This document shows, piece by piece, positions 1 through 12,600 of a DNA stretch of 64,000 nt. Made by a program: the position numbers and the translations under genes. The notes below the pieces were generated by a model that had not been told where the DNA came from, ran no database searches, and saw only the letters and a list, made by a program, of their open reading frames with translations. Where the stretch lies: assembly GCF_008831285.2 (NCBI RefSeq), contig NC_045138.2, forward strand, positions 36,828,001 through 36,892,000, in the 5' to 3' direction. Positions within the stretch are counted from its first letter, which is position 1; each line of letters opens with the position of its first letter. This DNA comes from Nymphaea colorata. Taxonomy: Eukaryota.

Positions 1-392
1 ATTATTTAGCCAATAGATGAGTTTATGCAACTTTGAAAAAAAAAAAGTGTATTCTGTCAAGCCATTCATGCCTGATCTACTATGTTGCTTAATTAAAAGG
101 TTTTCATTGACAAATTTAATTCATCTGTAACAGTAAGGTCACTAAAGATATAAATGTTCATGTTCTATAAAGTGGAATGAATATAAAAGAAATAAATTCT
201 CAAAACGATGTCCGCCAGTTTCCCAGCATAACATTATTTCCTCCTAGAAAAAGTACATAACTCTGCACTATCAATCCTGAACATACATATTCACAAGTAC
301 ACATACATAAGAATAAGATAATGTAGTATATATAATCACAGAAAATAAACCAATAAATATAATAGAAAAAACAAACAAAATAAGCACCAAAT

Positions 393-2804
393 TCAGCAAA
401 CCCAAATCCCAAAAATGCCTAACAGAAGAACCCCCAACCCGGTCGATTTAATGGAGCTGGCACTCGCCCCTGATGTCTGCTTCACATTCTCGGAGGAAGA
501 AGGGACCGGTTTGTTGAAATTTCCAGGGATATTGGCGGTGTCAGGAGTGGAGGTATCATCATCTTGCTGGGGTTGGGGCGATGGGGAAGATGCATCGACG
601 GGGTTCTTGAGGCTGTCAGGCAGGCCCTGGCCATGGATGACGTTGATCCTGAACCTCTGCCCGCTCTTGCACTGGTCTCCATCGTAGAAGCTGGAGAAGA
701 AGTAGTTCATGCCCTCTTTCTTGAGGGGGATTGCGATGCTCCATGGCCCTGCTGCTTGGTTATAGTCTCCTTGGGATGAATATTCTGTGGTGTCTCTCGA
801 GTCTGCATCATTGAAGTCGCACTTCTTGTATATTGTGAAGTTGTAGGTCTGAACTACGGAGTGGTTGGTATTTGTGTTGAAAACTGCAGGAGAGAGAGAG
901 AGGGATGGTTTAGATAGAATCATGTCGAAAACTCCAAAAGATCTCATCATACTATAAAACCTTTGGCTTTTTTCATTTAAATATCATAAATATGTGTCAT
1001 CAATCCACTCCAACATGGATATATGATACAAAAACAACGGCTGATTTCTCTACTCGGTTAATAATTAAACTCAAGATTTCAAGGTGGTGGACATTGAGAA
1101 TTTGATGTGCAGAGTGCATCTACGATTCTATCTCTTGGCGGACTCTACTAGAATTCTAGCAAAACCTACTTGCTGTTTCAGAAATAAACGTCTGTAACAT
1201 GCTACAGAAAAATCAAAATACATATACTAAGACAGGAATCTTCTTGTATTTGTCATCATTCACTTGCCCGTCCAAATTCTGTAATGTCGAAATTAAAAGT
1301 TCAAAAAAGAATGCGCTCAATGTCGGTGACTCTGGCCTATTGCCTATTGGCAGGTGAAAGTGGATAGGAACACCACCAGAGCCAACATACACTTCTTAGC
1401 TTTTTTATTCTGTATCAATGCCATCAGGTTGTCCGTTCCTTTCTGGACAATGGCGAACACATGAATTGAAGTACACCCCCAAGAAATCGATGACAAAAGC
1501 TTCACGTCGAAGAAGAATGATTCCTTGCTTGTGGTTTCTGTCAGGTTGGTGCTGTCCGTCGATTACTATGCACGCCCTTGCTCACTTAGGCAGAAGGGGT
1601 CAGAGGCAATTATCTGCAGCTTGCCAGCTTCCCACACATTTCATGTTAAAGCACCAGGACTTGGAAATTTTTTAGAAAAGAAAATGTTTCAAGTTATTAT
1701 TCACAATCTAGATAATCAATGCCAGCAATGGCTCCGTTTATTCCACCGCAGCAAGGGTGAGGCCAAGGACCTTCAATTTGGAAGATATCGAAGCCATGAC
1801 ACCCGAGTTCATCCCGTTGCATAACCTGATTACTATCTGCCCAGACCGAGACCACCAGGGCAAACATTCACAGAACTGGATGACTGCAGTTCCGAGCACA
1901 CCAAGGTCATTGGTTATTGAGATTCTTACGCGGAAATGGTTGGACAACATGTGAACATCCGTAGAAAATTATTCAAGTGTCTGGCTCTGCCTTGGAGCCG
2001 TAGGAGGTTATTCTGATGGGACGGGAGGATCTAGATTTGATGAACATGTAACGGTTGAGAGTTGTTGGACTGGAAATGGTCCTTGAATCACCAGCTTACA
2101 GGTGGCGTCATGAAGCACATCATGGAAGTTATTTTGGTGTTGGCTTTAGTTACAGATCCAAGAAAGTTGAAGCAACTCAACAAAGAAAGAACAAAAATAA
2201 CAGAGGAACAGAAGACGGAATAAAAAGATAATAAGGGAACTTTTTACATAGTATCACAGAATGCAAATTCATTTCCAATTTTATGCCATTTGTTCAGATA
2301 ATTGGGTGCATCCAATTGAGCACTCCGCCTCAAAGGGTAAGAGCTTCCCTCACAAAATAAACTGTAATTACTGTAAATCATGAAGAGAAACTAAGCGAAA
2401 TCTGAGCTTGTAAACAAGGAATGACAGAAAAGAGCAAAAGCAAAGTCTAAATCTTTCTGCAATTCTTCTGGCGTAGAGAAGTTTGGCAGACAAAAAGCAA
2501 ACCATCGATTCAGAGAAAAAGAACGATCGTTGTCCACAGAATTTGTTTCTATGACTTGGCTATAACGGAACAAATTGCTACTACTAGAAAAGAGAAACGT
2601 TTCTGATGTCTTACTGAGGAAATCTCCCAAAGAGAAGTTTTTGCCGGCTGCCCATTTTTGGTAGTTGATCTTTGAATTCTCAGTGTTGTCGTACCATCCC
2701 AAATCATCCCCAACCGTGTAATTCGTGTAAGCCTGAGCAGTGGAGGAAGTTAGGAAGACAAGGGGAAGCAGAAGGCAGAGAACAGTTCTGCACTTGCTGT
2801 CCAT
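393..2804 (-). CDS. Early nodulin-like phytocyanin (ENODL18-like; plastocyanin-like domain, probable GPI anchor), 226 aa
   Basis: Two exons, 2804-2615 and 883-393 (681 nt, frame closes across a phase-1 GT..AG intron, giving ...GDFL-I-FNTNTNHSVVQTY...). N-terminal signal peptide, YTVGD..GW and WA.GK.F.LGD.L.F phytocyanin motifs, two disulfide Cys, Pro/Ser-rich linker, hydrophobic C-terminal tail. Confidence 0.93.
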
Positions 2805-5800
2805 TCTGAGGAGCGTCTGGTCTCAATCCTCTTGCCGCAAACGAAAATACAGATGCAGATGAGAAAATTTGCTTCTATATAAAGAGGGAGGAGAAGATAG
2901 TTATACTGAAACTTGAAATTACTGTAAGGCAAGTTTTGAGATAAGTGATAAGTCCTTATTCTCCACAGTGAAAACAGGCTGGTCCTCTGTTGTTCTCTAG
3001 AATAAAAAACAGATATGTTGATGGGAGGGAGAGAGAACTACAGAGTTAGGATTACTAAGAAGGCACTTTTGGTGGGAGCGCGCTGCGCAACAGACTTGTT
3101 GGGATTAGCAGGATGGCACTTTTGGTGGTTGACACTTCACATTCTGTACTTTTTATTCTGAGAACAAGAACCAGATGTGGCAAAGGCACCATAATACAAA
3201 ATTAGAAGGATAATCGATCATTCAGATGCAAAAAATCCTACTGCCAATTTCATCTCTGACTGCTTCACATTCTTGGAAATTGTTTTAAGGACAAAAACCT
3301 TACTTTTTAACTTGCCCAAATGGCCAGGAGAGTAACTCTCTACATTACTGCTCCTACTTACCCTTTTTTTAAAAGAATACTTTATTGCACTTTGCTTTAA
3401 ATGATTGAATGCCACTTGCAGCTCATTGTTTTTGTAGCCGCATCAGGAAGTGAGTAAATGGTTCAAAGTCTAAAAACTAACACATGTGGTTTAAAAACGA
3501 TGAGGAAACCTTGAGTAAGTAAGAGGCTTTCTCTGTGGAAATTTGCTTCCAACAGTAATAACATAACAAGCTGAAGTTTTTTGTCGACATATATGAGGGC
3601 AAGGGCGAAAGAGAGAGAAAGACTTAAGAAAGGATGAAAATTCACCCAAGTAAATCATCAAACGGTTGATCTCAATTGAAAATTTATTGAGAGTTGGAGT
3701 TCTTTCTTGTTGGTAGAGCAAGCTTTACTGTCCAATGATGGAGATGGGATTGTCGGCACTGGAGGCACTGCACGTGATGTCAGCTGGGCGATGCCTTCTT
3801 TTCTTAAACCTCCACGGCTGTTTAATAAATGAAAAGGATGGGACCGGCCAATCTTCGGCCAGCGGGCGGCCCCTTGGCGCGCATCTGCTGGGTCCAGGCA
3901 CACAAAAGTAGTGCGCAGGGAACATGGTCCATTCTCGATTTCTTTAAAAAAAAAATACATATCATATAATTTTCAAAAAATTGGATTTATCTTATATAAT
4001 TTTTTAAGAAGTTAATATTTTAATTTTAGTTAAAAATTTAAAACTATAATTTGACCCCCTTAATAAAGATTGCAAGGTGTGGTTTGGTGATCGACTCTTG
4101 TAACACTTATATTCTACCGCAAAAGCTAGGCACATGCTACTCAAAAAAATATGTGTGCTGGCCGCCATTTTACCCGTGTTTGAACTTGATCGCAGTTATT
4201 GAGTCCATTTATCTCGGACACTCTGTCGAAGTGTTTTTAGAATCGGCTTTAATTATTTACCTATTCGAAGAATTAAATCAGCGGCAAGCCAACTCAATTC
4301 GGTGACCGGTTCAATCGTACCACAAGTTCATTTTCAAATACTTTTTAAAATTTTTGTAAAAATATAAATCTTCCCACAATGTTTAATAATCAATGTTTTG
4401 CCTGATGACAACACTAGTTGAGTGGACACTGAGTCGGACACGAGTAGTGTCTATAGAGTTAAGGTGTACTTAGTGCGGATATCGCTTTCGAAGATTGGGC
4501 ATTTTCTCCATCGGATAAACTTAAACATGGTTCCTTATGTATTCATCTGATATGCATCTAACCAGCATGAAAATGGTATTACTTATTTCACCAAATTATT
4601 TTTTTATAAAGAATATATAATGTAAATATTTGGTGTTAACACGAAAGCAGCTTTGTCCACTTAACAGCTTGGCATGAACACTTGAATTCTGGCTAGTGCT
4701 GATCAAATCTACCTTCTGCGAGTGATCAAATGTTGTCTTAAACTTGTAAGACACTTGAACAGGTTATATAATTTAAATATTTGGTTAAATGAGAGATACC
4801 CTTATAAAGGAAGTTTCCCATGAAATTATGAAAATGCCGCTCTAAAACGTGAGACCAAGCCTTTTCAATTTAACAATATCACATGGAAATGGCGTATTCC
4901 GTGACAGGGTGCCACAGCATTGTGCAATCACGCTCCACAAGATATTATATATTTGGAAAATATTAACAAGTATATAATTTCTATGCTTTTTAAGTCAAGA
5001 TCAATTCATGTCATTCAGATTTTCGAATCTAAAAAATTGCATCTTCTAATAATATCGATACGAAAGATTTACCAAAAAACAACTGATTTGAGAGTCCTAA
5101 TACAAAATTTGGACATTAAAATATTGCGGAATATCTACCATTTAAAGCTTCGAATGTGGATGGAGAGCGCTCGAAACGCTATCTTATTAAGGAATATCCA
5201 TCGCCCGAAGTTTCTTGAAGACTGGTCTTTTGTAATTCTTTGCTTCATATTGTAGCTAAGCACAAACGGTGGCCAATTGCGAGCATTGGAGACAGTGAGG
5301 TGGGTTGGACTAACAATATCGTTCTGACACGGAGCACATGCCACGTGAAGCGGTCCATTCATGAGAATTTTATACTCAATAAAACATTAATCGCAGATCT
5401 CAAGTATCTTGGTAGCGACAATTTAAGCATCTTTTACTACTATATAAGCAAAATTGGAGAGGTTGTAATATATATATATATATTTATTTAGTGAATATCA
5501 TTAAAAAAAAAAAGATAGTTGGCTGGTATTCCACCGATTAATCACCTACGGTTCCATACTGTTATTAAATGAGAGAGAAATTCGGAAGGCAGAAATACAA
5601 TAGATGCAAGAAATGGTCGGCACTTGGTTGTTTTCTTGTTCGTCACTTCCAATTCATGAATTGTTAATGTTGGGTGAGCAAGATGTCCAATAAAAAGGTT
5701 GAAACTTCCCCTTTCCCCATCTTTTCAAAGGAACATGCATGATGCATTCTTTCGGTGTCTCCAGTCAGGCGCCACCACCATATATGCTTCACTTTGTATA

Positions 5801-5924
5801 TTAGTGTATTTCTTTTTGGAAAATAGGAAGTTGATGTCCCAATAATTCAAATAGAAACTAAAACAAGTTCATTTGTTCAATATATTTGATATTATGATGT
5901 ATAAAGCACTAGTTCCACAGGGGG

Positions 5925-6372
5925 TAAGGGTGAAGTACGAGCTTGAGTTTACGAGTTCAAGCCGAGTCATTTGCTTAATGAGTCGAGCTCGAGTTCATGA
6001 GTCGACTCATTTAAATAATCGAGTTAAGTTCGAGCTCAACACATACTATCGAGTCGAGCTTCAGCCTTAATTGAGTTTGTCGAGCCTTAATCAAGTCGAT
6101 ATATTCAAACGAATTACAAGTTTCTCGAGCTTTAATCGAGTCGAGCTGGAGCTCAACCCGTAATGATAAATATCAATTATATTCAAACGAGTTTGTTGTG
6201 CCTTAATCGAGTTGAGATCGAGTTGAACACGTAACTAATGAGTCGAGCTCAAACTGCTTCCATCAAGCTATTCTCAAGCTCGAGCTGAGTCAAGCTCGAG
6301 GTTTTATTAGTCGAGTCGAGCCAAGCTTGAAGTGACTGACTTGGGGCACGACTAGGCTCGTGTTCACCTCTA
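5925..6372. mobile_element. Non-autonomous hAT-like element (MITE)
   Basis: Imperfect TIRs TAAGGGTGAAGTACGAGC / GCTCGTGTTCACCTCTA. 8-bp flanks ACAGGGGG (5917-5924) and ATAGGGGG (6373-6380). Interior filled with GAGTCGAGC/CTCGAG repeats. Confidence 0.8.
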
Positions 6373-6487
6373 ATAGGGGGTATGAAACCAAACCTACGGA
6401 TCTATTCCCCATTATGTAATTTCTTTTTTTCTTTGTTTCCATAAATCGAATAAGAGTTCATTTAATATAATGCAGAGGCAATGAAAA

Positions 6488-6490
<3 letters not shown>

Positions 6491-6558
<68 letters not shown>
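6491..6558. repeat. (AT)n microsatellite, about 34 units
   Basis: Directly visible perfect dinucleotide run. Confidence 0.97.
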
Positions 6559-6561
<3 letters not shown>

Positions 6562-7398
6562 GTGTCGATCAAAGTAGGAATCGAGATCACGAACAATCTA
6601 AGAAAGCGACAACCGTTTGATATTGTGGATCAATTAATAACACTGACATCAAACAGTTGTATTTTTCAAGATAAATGTCACCATGGGTTCTAGCAAATTT
6701 TGAATCACTTTCGCAAATGCATGGCATTTTGAAGTTGTGAACAGGATACTTTAGAAATCGAGACATTTCAGATGTAAGCAGGGGCGAAGCTAAACAGACT
6801 CTATTCGTTTAACACTTTAACGAAGGAGACTCGTGCCTATGCGGCTATGTCCAAAGGATATTCAAACTATATACAACATATTGCTCTTTATTTATGAAAT
6901 CGTAGATACCTATATGTGGCACAAATTTTCTTCTAGAACCTTTGAGAAAACACCTTTTTGTAAAGGAAATTCATAAATAATATTTTCATTAATTTGGTAA
7001 TTCCCACTTATGCAGACAGAGAGTAAACTAAGGAAAAAGGACAATCTATATACCGTGCTAATTAACCCACTTTCATAGCAGATTTTCATTTGCTTAAAGC
7101 AGTCATAGTGTAATGAAATGACAGGCTGTCTCACGTTCTGATGATATATAATTTATCTGACGAACCAAACACGGTCATAGCTTTTCCCAATAACTTGTTT
7201 TTCTCTTTAATTTACGTTTAAAATGTATCGGCTTTGTCGCGGAGTCATGGGACAATTTATTTGAAACAAGTTATCGACTGAAATAAAACTTACTTGGATG
7301 CAAGCATGTCTCAAGCTGAATGTATTGGTAGATGATGGTGTCTTGCTGTAAAGGGCAGAGTGCAACTCAAATTTGTAGGTTGAAGCTAAGTTAAATCA

Positions 7399-7430
<32 letters not shown>

Positions 7431-8546
7431 AATATGCAGCTGAAATTAACAACTCGCAAAATTAACTATTAGTTGATTGTTTCAAAAGTTTTTCTTACAT
7501 GCGTCTATTTGTGAATCATAGAAAGTGTTTTGATAGCTGAGTTCTTTGAAAGGGACACTTCACACGCAATGTTCCTCCTACCAAATGCCGTCATGGCCGC
7601 TTTACATGCATCTATTTGTAAATCATTCGTTATATTGATTAAATTAATTATTTACATCAATGCATGTTTAATGGTGTTCATATTTTATGTTATTTAGTGA
7701 GACATTTCAACTAGTTCGTCCTAGTAGGATGGACTCCATTTTTTTTAGTGGTGTTTGATGGTTTTGAATTTGTATTGTAAAATTAAAATTCTATAAATAA
7801 AATTTCACCTCAGATTAAAACTGGAATGACAATTCTTTCCCTGATAGTATAGAATTTTATATTTCAAAATTGAAAATGACGTGTTTTATAAAACAAGAAT
7901 TAAAATTGCATAGTTGATTAATTAAAACATTAATTGTGGCATGGAATGTGCTATAGAAAGAGATGAAAAACTTCTAAAATTTTGAATCATAATTTTACTG
8001 CTATGGTGCAATCTAGAATTTTGGTTTGAGAATGAGCCTATAATTTGAGAATCAAAATTATTTGTTTGATTACACGATTTCCATTTAATCAAAATTGATA
8101 TTTTAATTATATGACTCTACAATTCCGGCCTCATCATGGCAAAACCCACTTTTAGCGCTAAAATTTGGTTTGTGCTTTTTTTTTTTTTAATGAAACGATA
8201 TTTAGTTTTAGTGGTTTTACCAAGCTGAAGAGGCATTTAGTTTTGTGATTTTTTTGTAAAAATCGTGTATTTTTCATGAGTTTTTAACAATTTGTTTTTA
8301 TATATTTCAATGTTACACTCAAAATGCAGTTTTTTACGAATAACGTGCAAAAGAGACCATGTTATTCACTTCCCTTTCAGAAACCAGGTTTTACTGAACT
8401 CAACTTTTACATCATCCAAACACATCATAAACTTGATTTCCGATTTTGCCTCCAACATTTGGTTTTGCACTGTCATCTAAATATCACCTAAGTTTAAACC
8501 AATATTTTAAAAAGTTAGGAAAACATAGTTATTTTTTTATTCAACC

Positions 8547-8723
8547 GCAGGGGAAGGTAGGTGTGACTACCATGTGGGCAGTTGCCCACATAGACGCACA
8601 ACAATTCTTGTTTTTATAGTTGTTATTTTAGGCAAATTTTATTCATTTATGTATTGGTGCTATTTAATTAAACATTTTATAATCAATGCCACTTATTTAG
8701 GAATCTCTTGCTTTGCCCCTGGG
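8547..8723. mobile_element. Short hAT-like MITE
   Basis: Ends GCAGGGGAAG... / ...TTTGCCCCTGGG, flanked by a perfect 8-bp direct repeat ATTCAACC (8539-8546, 8724-8731). Confidence 0.65.
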
Positions 8724-8814
8724 ATTCAACCTTATAGAGAAAGAATGGATAACTTCTTGCAAACTTTGTTCTACAAAATTCATAGGAATGGATACAAAAT
8801 TCATGTGTAGTTAA

Positions 8815-9085
8815 AGTCCATAGCTACAAATAATGTTTCAGAATTTTAAACAGCGAAGTTTATTAAAAAAAATTAACAATAATGAAAAAATAAAATAACT
8901 AACCTCAAGAAATAAGTAGATTTGTAATAAAAAAAAAAACTATTTTGACTTAAAAGAATGAAACAGTGAAAAAAACATGTTAAAAATGCTTTAAAAACGT
9001 GTTTTTTCGTAAAAAAAATACATGTTTTTTAGTTTTAAAGGGCTATTTAATTTATTATGTTTTTTTGAAAAATACACGTTTTCTG
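8815..9085. repeat. AT-rich dispersed repeat, inverted homologue of 59855-60205
   Basis: Its reverse complement shares collinear blocks with 59855-60205, e.g. ATAAATTAAATAGCCCTTTAAAAC vs ATAAATTTAACTAGCCATTTAAAAC and AAACTTCGCTGTTTAAAATTCTGAAACATTATTTG vs AAACTTCACCATTTAAAACTCCAAAACATTATTTG. Boundaries approximate. Confidence 0.6.
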
Positions 9086-9637
9086 TTGTGAATATGGCTT
9101 AAACATAGCTTGAATGACATTCAAAATTTTTATCCTACAAATTGAAGCTGGATATACTTTTAAAACTGAGCACTATGGCACGGGACTTAAGAACAGACAG
9201 TCACATGCCTCCTGTGTGACACAAGAGCACAGGAGTTGGCCTCCAAAGAACCTTTACCAAGTCGCGAAGAGGGAAAAAAAGAAAAAAACAATACTTACAG
9301 CCATCAAGTCAGCAAACGTAAGACCGAGAATAGAGATAATATTTCGAAACCAATGGATAAAGTGCAGAAAATAATTTTGAGAGGAAATGAGGCTTGCATG
9401 GGAACAATTTCCCGAAAAAGGAAAATCTAGAATTAGGGTAGAGTCGTGGACGTCATATGAAATTTCCCATCATTCAGCACTGCAACAATTAGTACTTATT
9501 CTCGAACCGAATCCGACGCGCCGTTCGACCCTTTTTCCTCTTTCCGCCGCAGCTTTGCCTGGCTGCGTATCGGCTGCGAGGGAAAAGGAGGAAGAGGAAA
9601 AAAAAGGGAGGGAAAACCCTGAAGAAATTCCAAGGAA

Positions 9638-12600
9638 ATGAAGCGTGGTTTCGAGAGGTCTCCATCGGCTTCGGTCGATCCCTCTCAGCCGAGAAGACGT
9701 CTGCTCTCTCAAAACGGTCAGTTTAGCTATTTTTCCTGTTCTCTCTCGTGGGACGTTCTTTGCTTAGCCTCTTGTCGTGGCTCTTGAAATGGAGGAATTC
9801 AATTGGTCGTTTGAAGAGCCCTAATTTTGGGCTCGTGATTGGTTCTGAAATGGGTTTGTTTTTTTTCTTTTGTGTTGATTTGCCTTGCCGCAGAAGAGTC
9901 GGAGTTCTATGACGACGACGAGAGCACCAAGAATCTGGCGCGGAAGGTCGCCGATCACTATAGTGCCCGCACGAACCAAACGCTCGAGGAGCGTGAGGCC
10001 AGTCCAATCATCCACCTCAAGAAGCTCAACAACTGGGTATCAACAATTTCTCTATTTCTCTCTTCGGTGTTTCCAATTTGGTGTTATCTTGTTCTCCTCT
10101 TATTGGTCTTTCTTGCAGATAAAGAGCGTGCTGATTCATATATATGCTCGCAGGGGCGATTACGTTCTTGATCTTGCTTGTGGAAAGGTAAGATGCCTTA
10201 CGTTCATGGTCTTAGTTTTTTCCTTTCTGAACTTGTTTGATTTGGAAGGTTAGTGGAAAGCGTAATTGGTGACTGTGTCGGAATGAACCAGCCTTTCGTG
10301 ACATTTTTTTTATGATATTTGATAGTACTGTTTATAATTATAGTGTAGAAGTCAGTAGAACCGCTGGAATTCTCACGCCTTTGTTCAATGTAACGGCTTC
10401 AGTACTGATTTTTTTGCACCGATGTCAACGTCTGGTTTGCTTTTCTCGCAATGGGTACCATAGTGTGGACGAGAAGTGAAACAGTATCTAACTGGTCATA
10501 GGCGGGAAATCTACTGGTTTTTCATTGTGATTTAAAACAATGGCAGGAGTCTGGAAACCACCCATTGTGCGCCGTGCGAACAATTATCTGTGGATATTGT
10601 TTGAATCCTGGTTCTTGTTTTGTTGATGTGTTTTATGAGCGGGTGCTCCTGTAACGATGTCATTACTCAATTTAGCCGACGGACAAAAAGTATGCCCGAT
10701 ATCTTGTAGAAAATTGGATAATATAGTCAAATATTTGATGATGAGGTTTTATTAACTTGTTTTCGTCTCCTTATTTAATTTGAACGTCCACAGGGTGGTG
10801 ACCTCATTAAATGGGATAAGGCAAGGATTGGATATTATGTTGGTATTGACATTGCTGAAGGATCGGTAATCATCACATACTCTTTATCCAAGTTCTTCCT
10901 TGTTTAGTTTATAGTTTAGGCACATGAATATGATATATACAAGGGTCTAAGACCTTTTTACTTGAGTATTCAAACATATATTTCCTTTCAATTAAAATAT
11001 CATGTACCTTGAATACAACTTTTTTTTTACTCTTTGATGCTGGAACTTTTGTAGTGCTAAACTTTTCAAAAATACTTTTTCCCACCTTTTTTGTAAAGCT
11101 ATAATTTTATCTGGTTAGGTTAGAGCTGCACTGCTCATACTACATAATCCTTGGAGTGTGTCATGTACGGTGAACTTCTGGAGAAGTAAAGTTTTGCATA
11201 GGAAAGCTGTTCAATCAATAGGTATTTTAGATTCTTTCAACATATCAGACTCATTGTAGTTTACCTTTTCTTCTGCTTTTAAATCCAGATTGAGGATTGC
11301 AGGACACGCTATAATGGTGATGCTGATCAAAATATGCGCAGAAAGAAAGTCTCCTTCCCTGCTCGTCTCATCTGTGGAGATTGCTTTGAGGTTGTTGAAT
11401 TTATGATGCTCTGGAGTGGATCCTTGACATGATTCCCAGTTTTGTATGACGTGGTCATGAACATAGTCATACATCTAAGCAGGATCTGAAAATCTTGTGA
11501 ACGTACTGCAAGATATTGAAACAATATGGAATTCAAATAATTTTCAATAGCATCCTGATAATCTCATGATATTATCAAAACAGATTCGTTCATTCATGTG
11601 ACAGCTTCCCCCTTTCCTATCTTTTTCTTTTTCCCCAGGTTTCTCTATCCTTTTCATTTGTTGACGGTTTTTAACTGCCGAGATTTTCATAGGGTCTATT
11701 AGAAAACCATTACCATAATGAGATTTTGCCTCACCGAGATGTAGCAACCAAATGTATATGACTATGCTTACAAACATGCAATTGCAAAAAATTGACTTGC
11801 TAGTTTTCTGATGGGCATGTTTGATTTGGCATCTTACATGAAAGAACTGAGATGTTTTCCTCCTTTTGGAATGTTCAGTACTGTTTTCCATTCAACCTGA
11901 TAAGTTCATGAGTTAACTATTTATGGCACACCATAATTTTATAGCTTAATATGGCCTTCTTTTTAAATATTCTCTACGAATGATGCCTACAAGTCCATGT
12001 GGTTTTTGTTTTGAGTTGGCTTTGATCATCTTTAAGATATTCATGTGGTGTTTTCAAACCTCAGGTGGATCTCTGCAGAGTCTTACGAGATGATGCACCA
12101 TTTGACATTTGCAGTTGCCAGGTAAGTGTTAAATTTAACAGGCAAATGTTTTTCCTCAACATGAAAAGTTTTACGTGGGCTATTCTGTGCATGTTTTACT
12201 ACCATTAGGTTGTTTCCATGATTAATATTTTACTGAAACAGTAAATAGTTGTGCTGGAGTGTGAGTGTAGAAAAGTGGCTTGTCTTGGTTCTTTGAGGAT
12301 AATCTTCACTTTTTTGAGGTCCAGGGTAGTTTGTCATATCAAATGAAATGTGTTGTTGAGATATTATCATGATGTAAAGAGTTTCAGCATTGACTATGAA
12401 AGAAAGTAACTGTTGGACTTTCCCTTTAATTGATGCAGTCTCCCCAGGGTTGGCCTCTCAATTCTTGGGTTTGCCTTGCATATTGATTTGCCTTGCATAT
12501 TGATATTAACTTTTTTATTATGGTTGCTTTGGTCTTGAAAAATGGGTTTTTTTCCGTAATAAACTTAGTGTTTGAAAATTTAGATGTTGTGCTTTTTGAT

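Noticed and set aside
2759..2780. CAAGGGGAAGCAGAAGGCAG resembles a miR408 target site, and miR408 targets phytocyanins
   Set aside because: It is on the antisense strand relative to the gene and the match is gapped.
5940..6360. Regularly recurring GAGTCGAGC motifs, superficially CRISPR-like
   Set aside because: Plant nuclear context, irregular spacing, no constant repeat-spacer structure; explained as MITE internal repeats.
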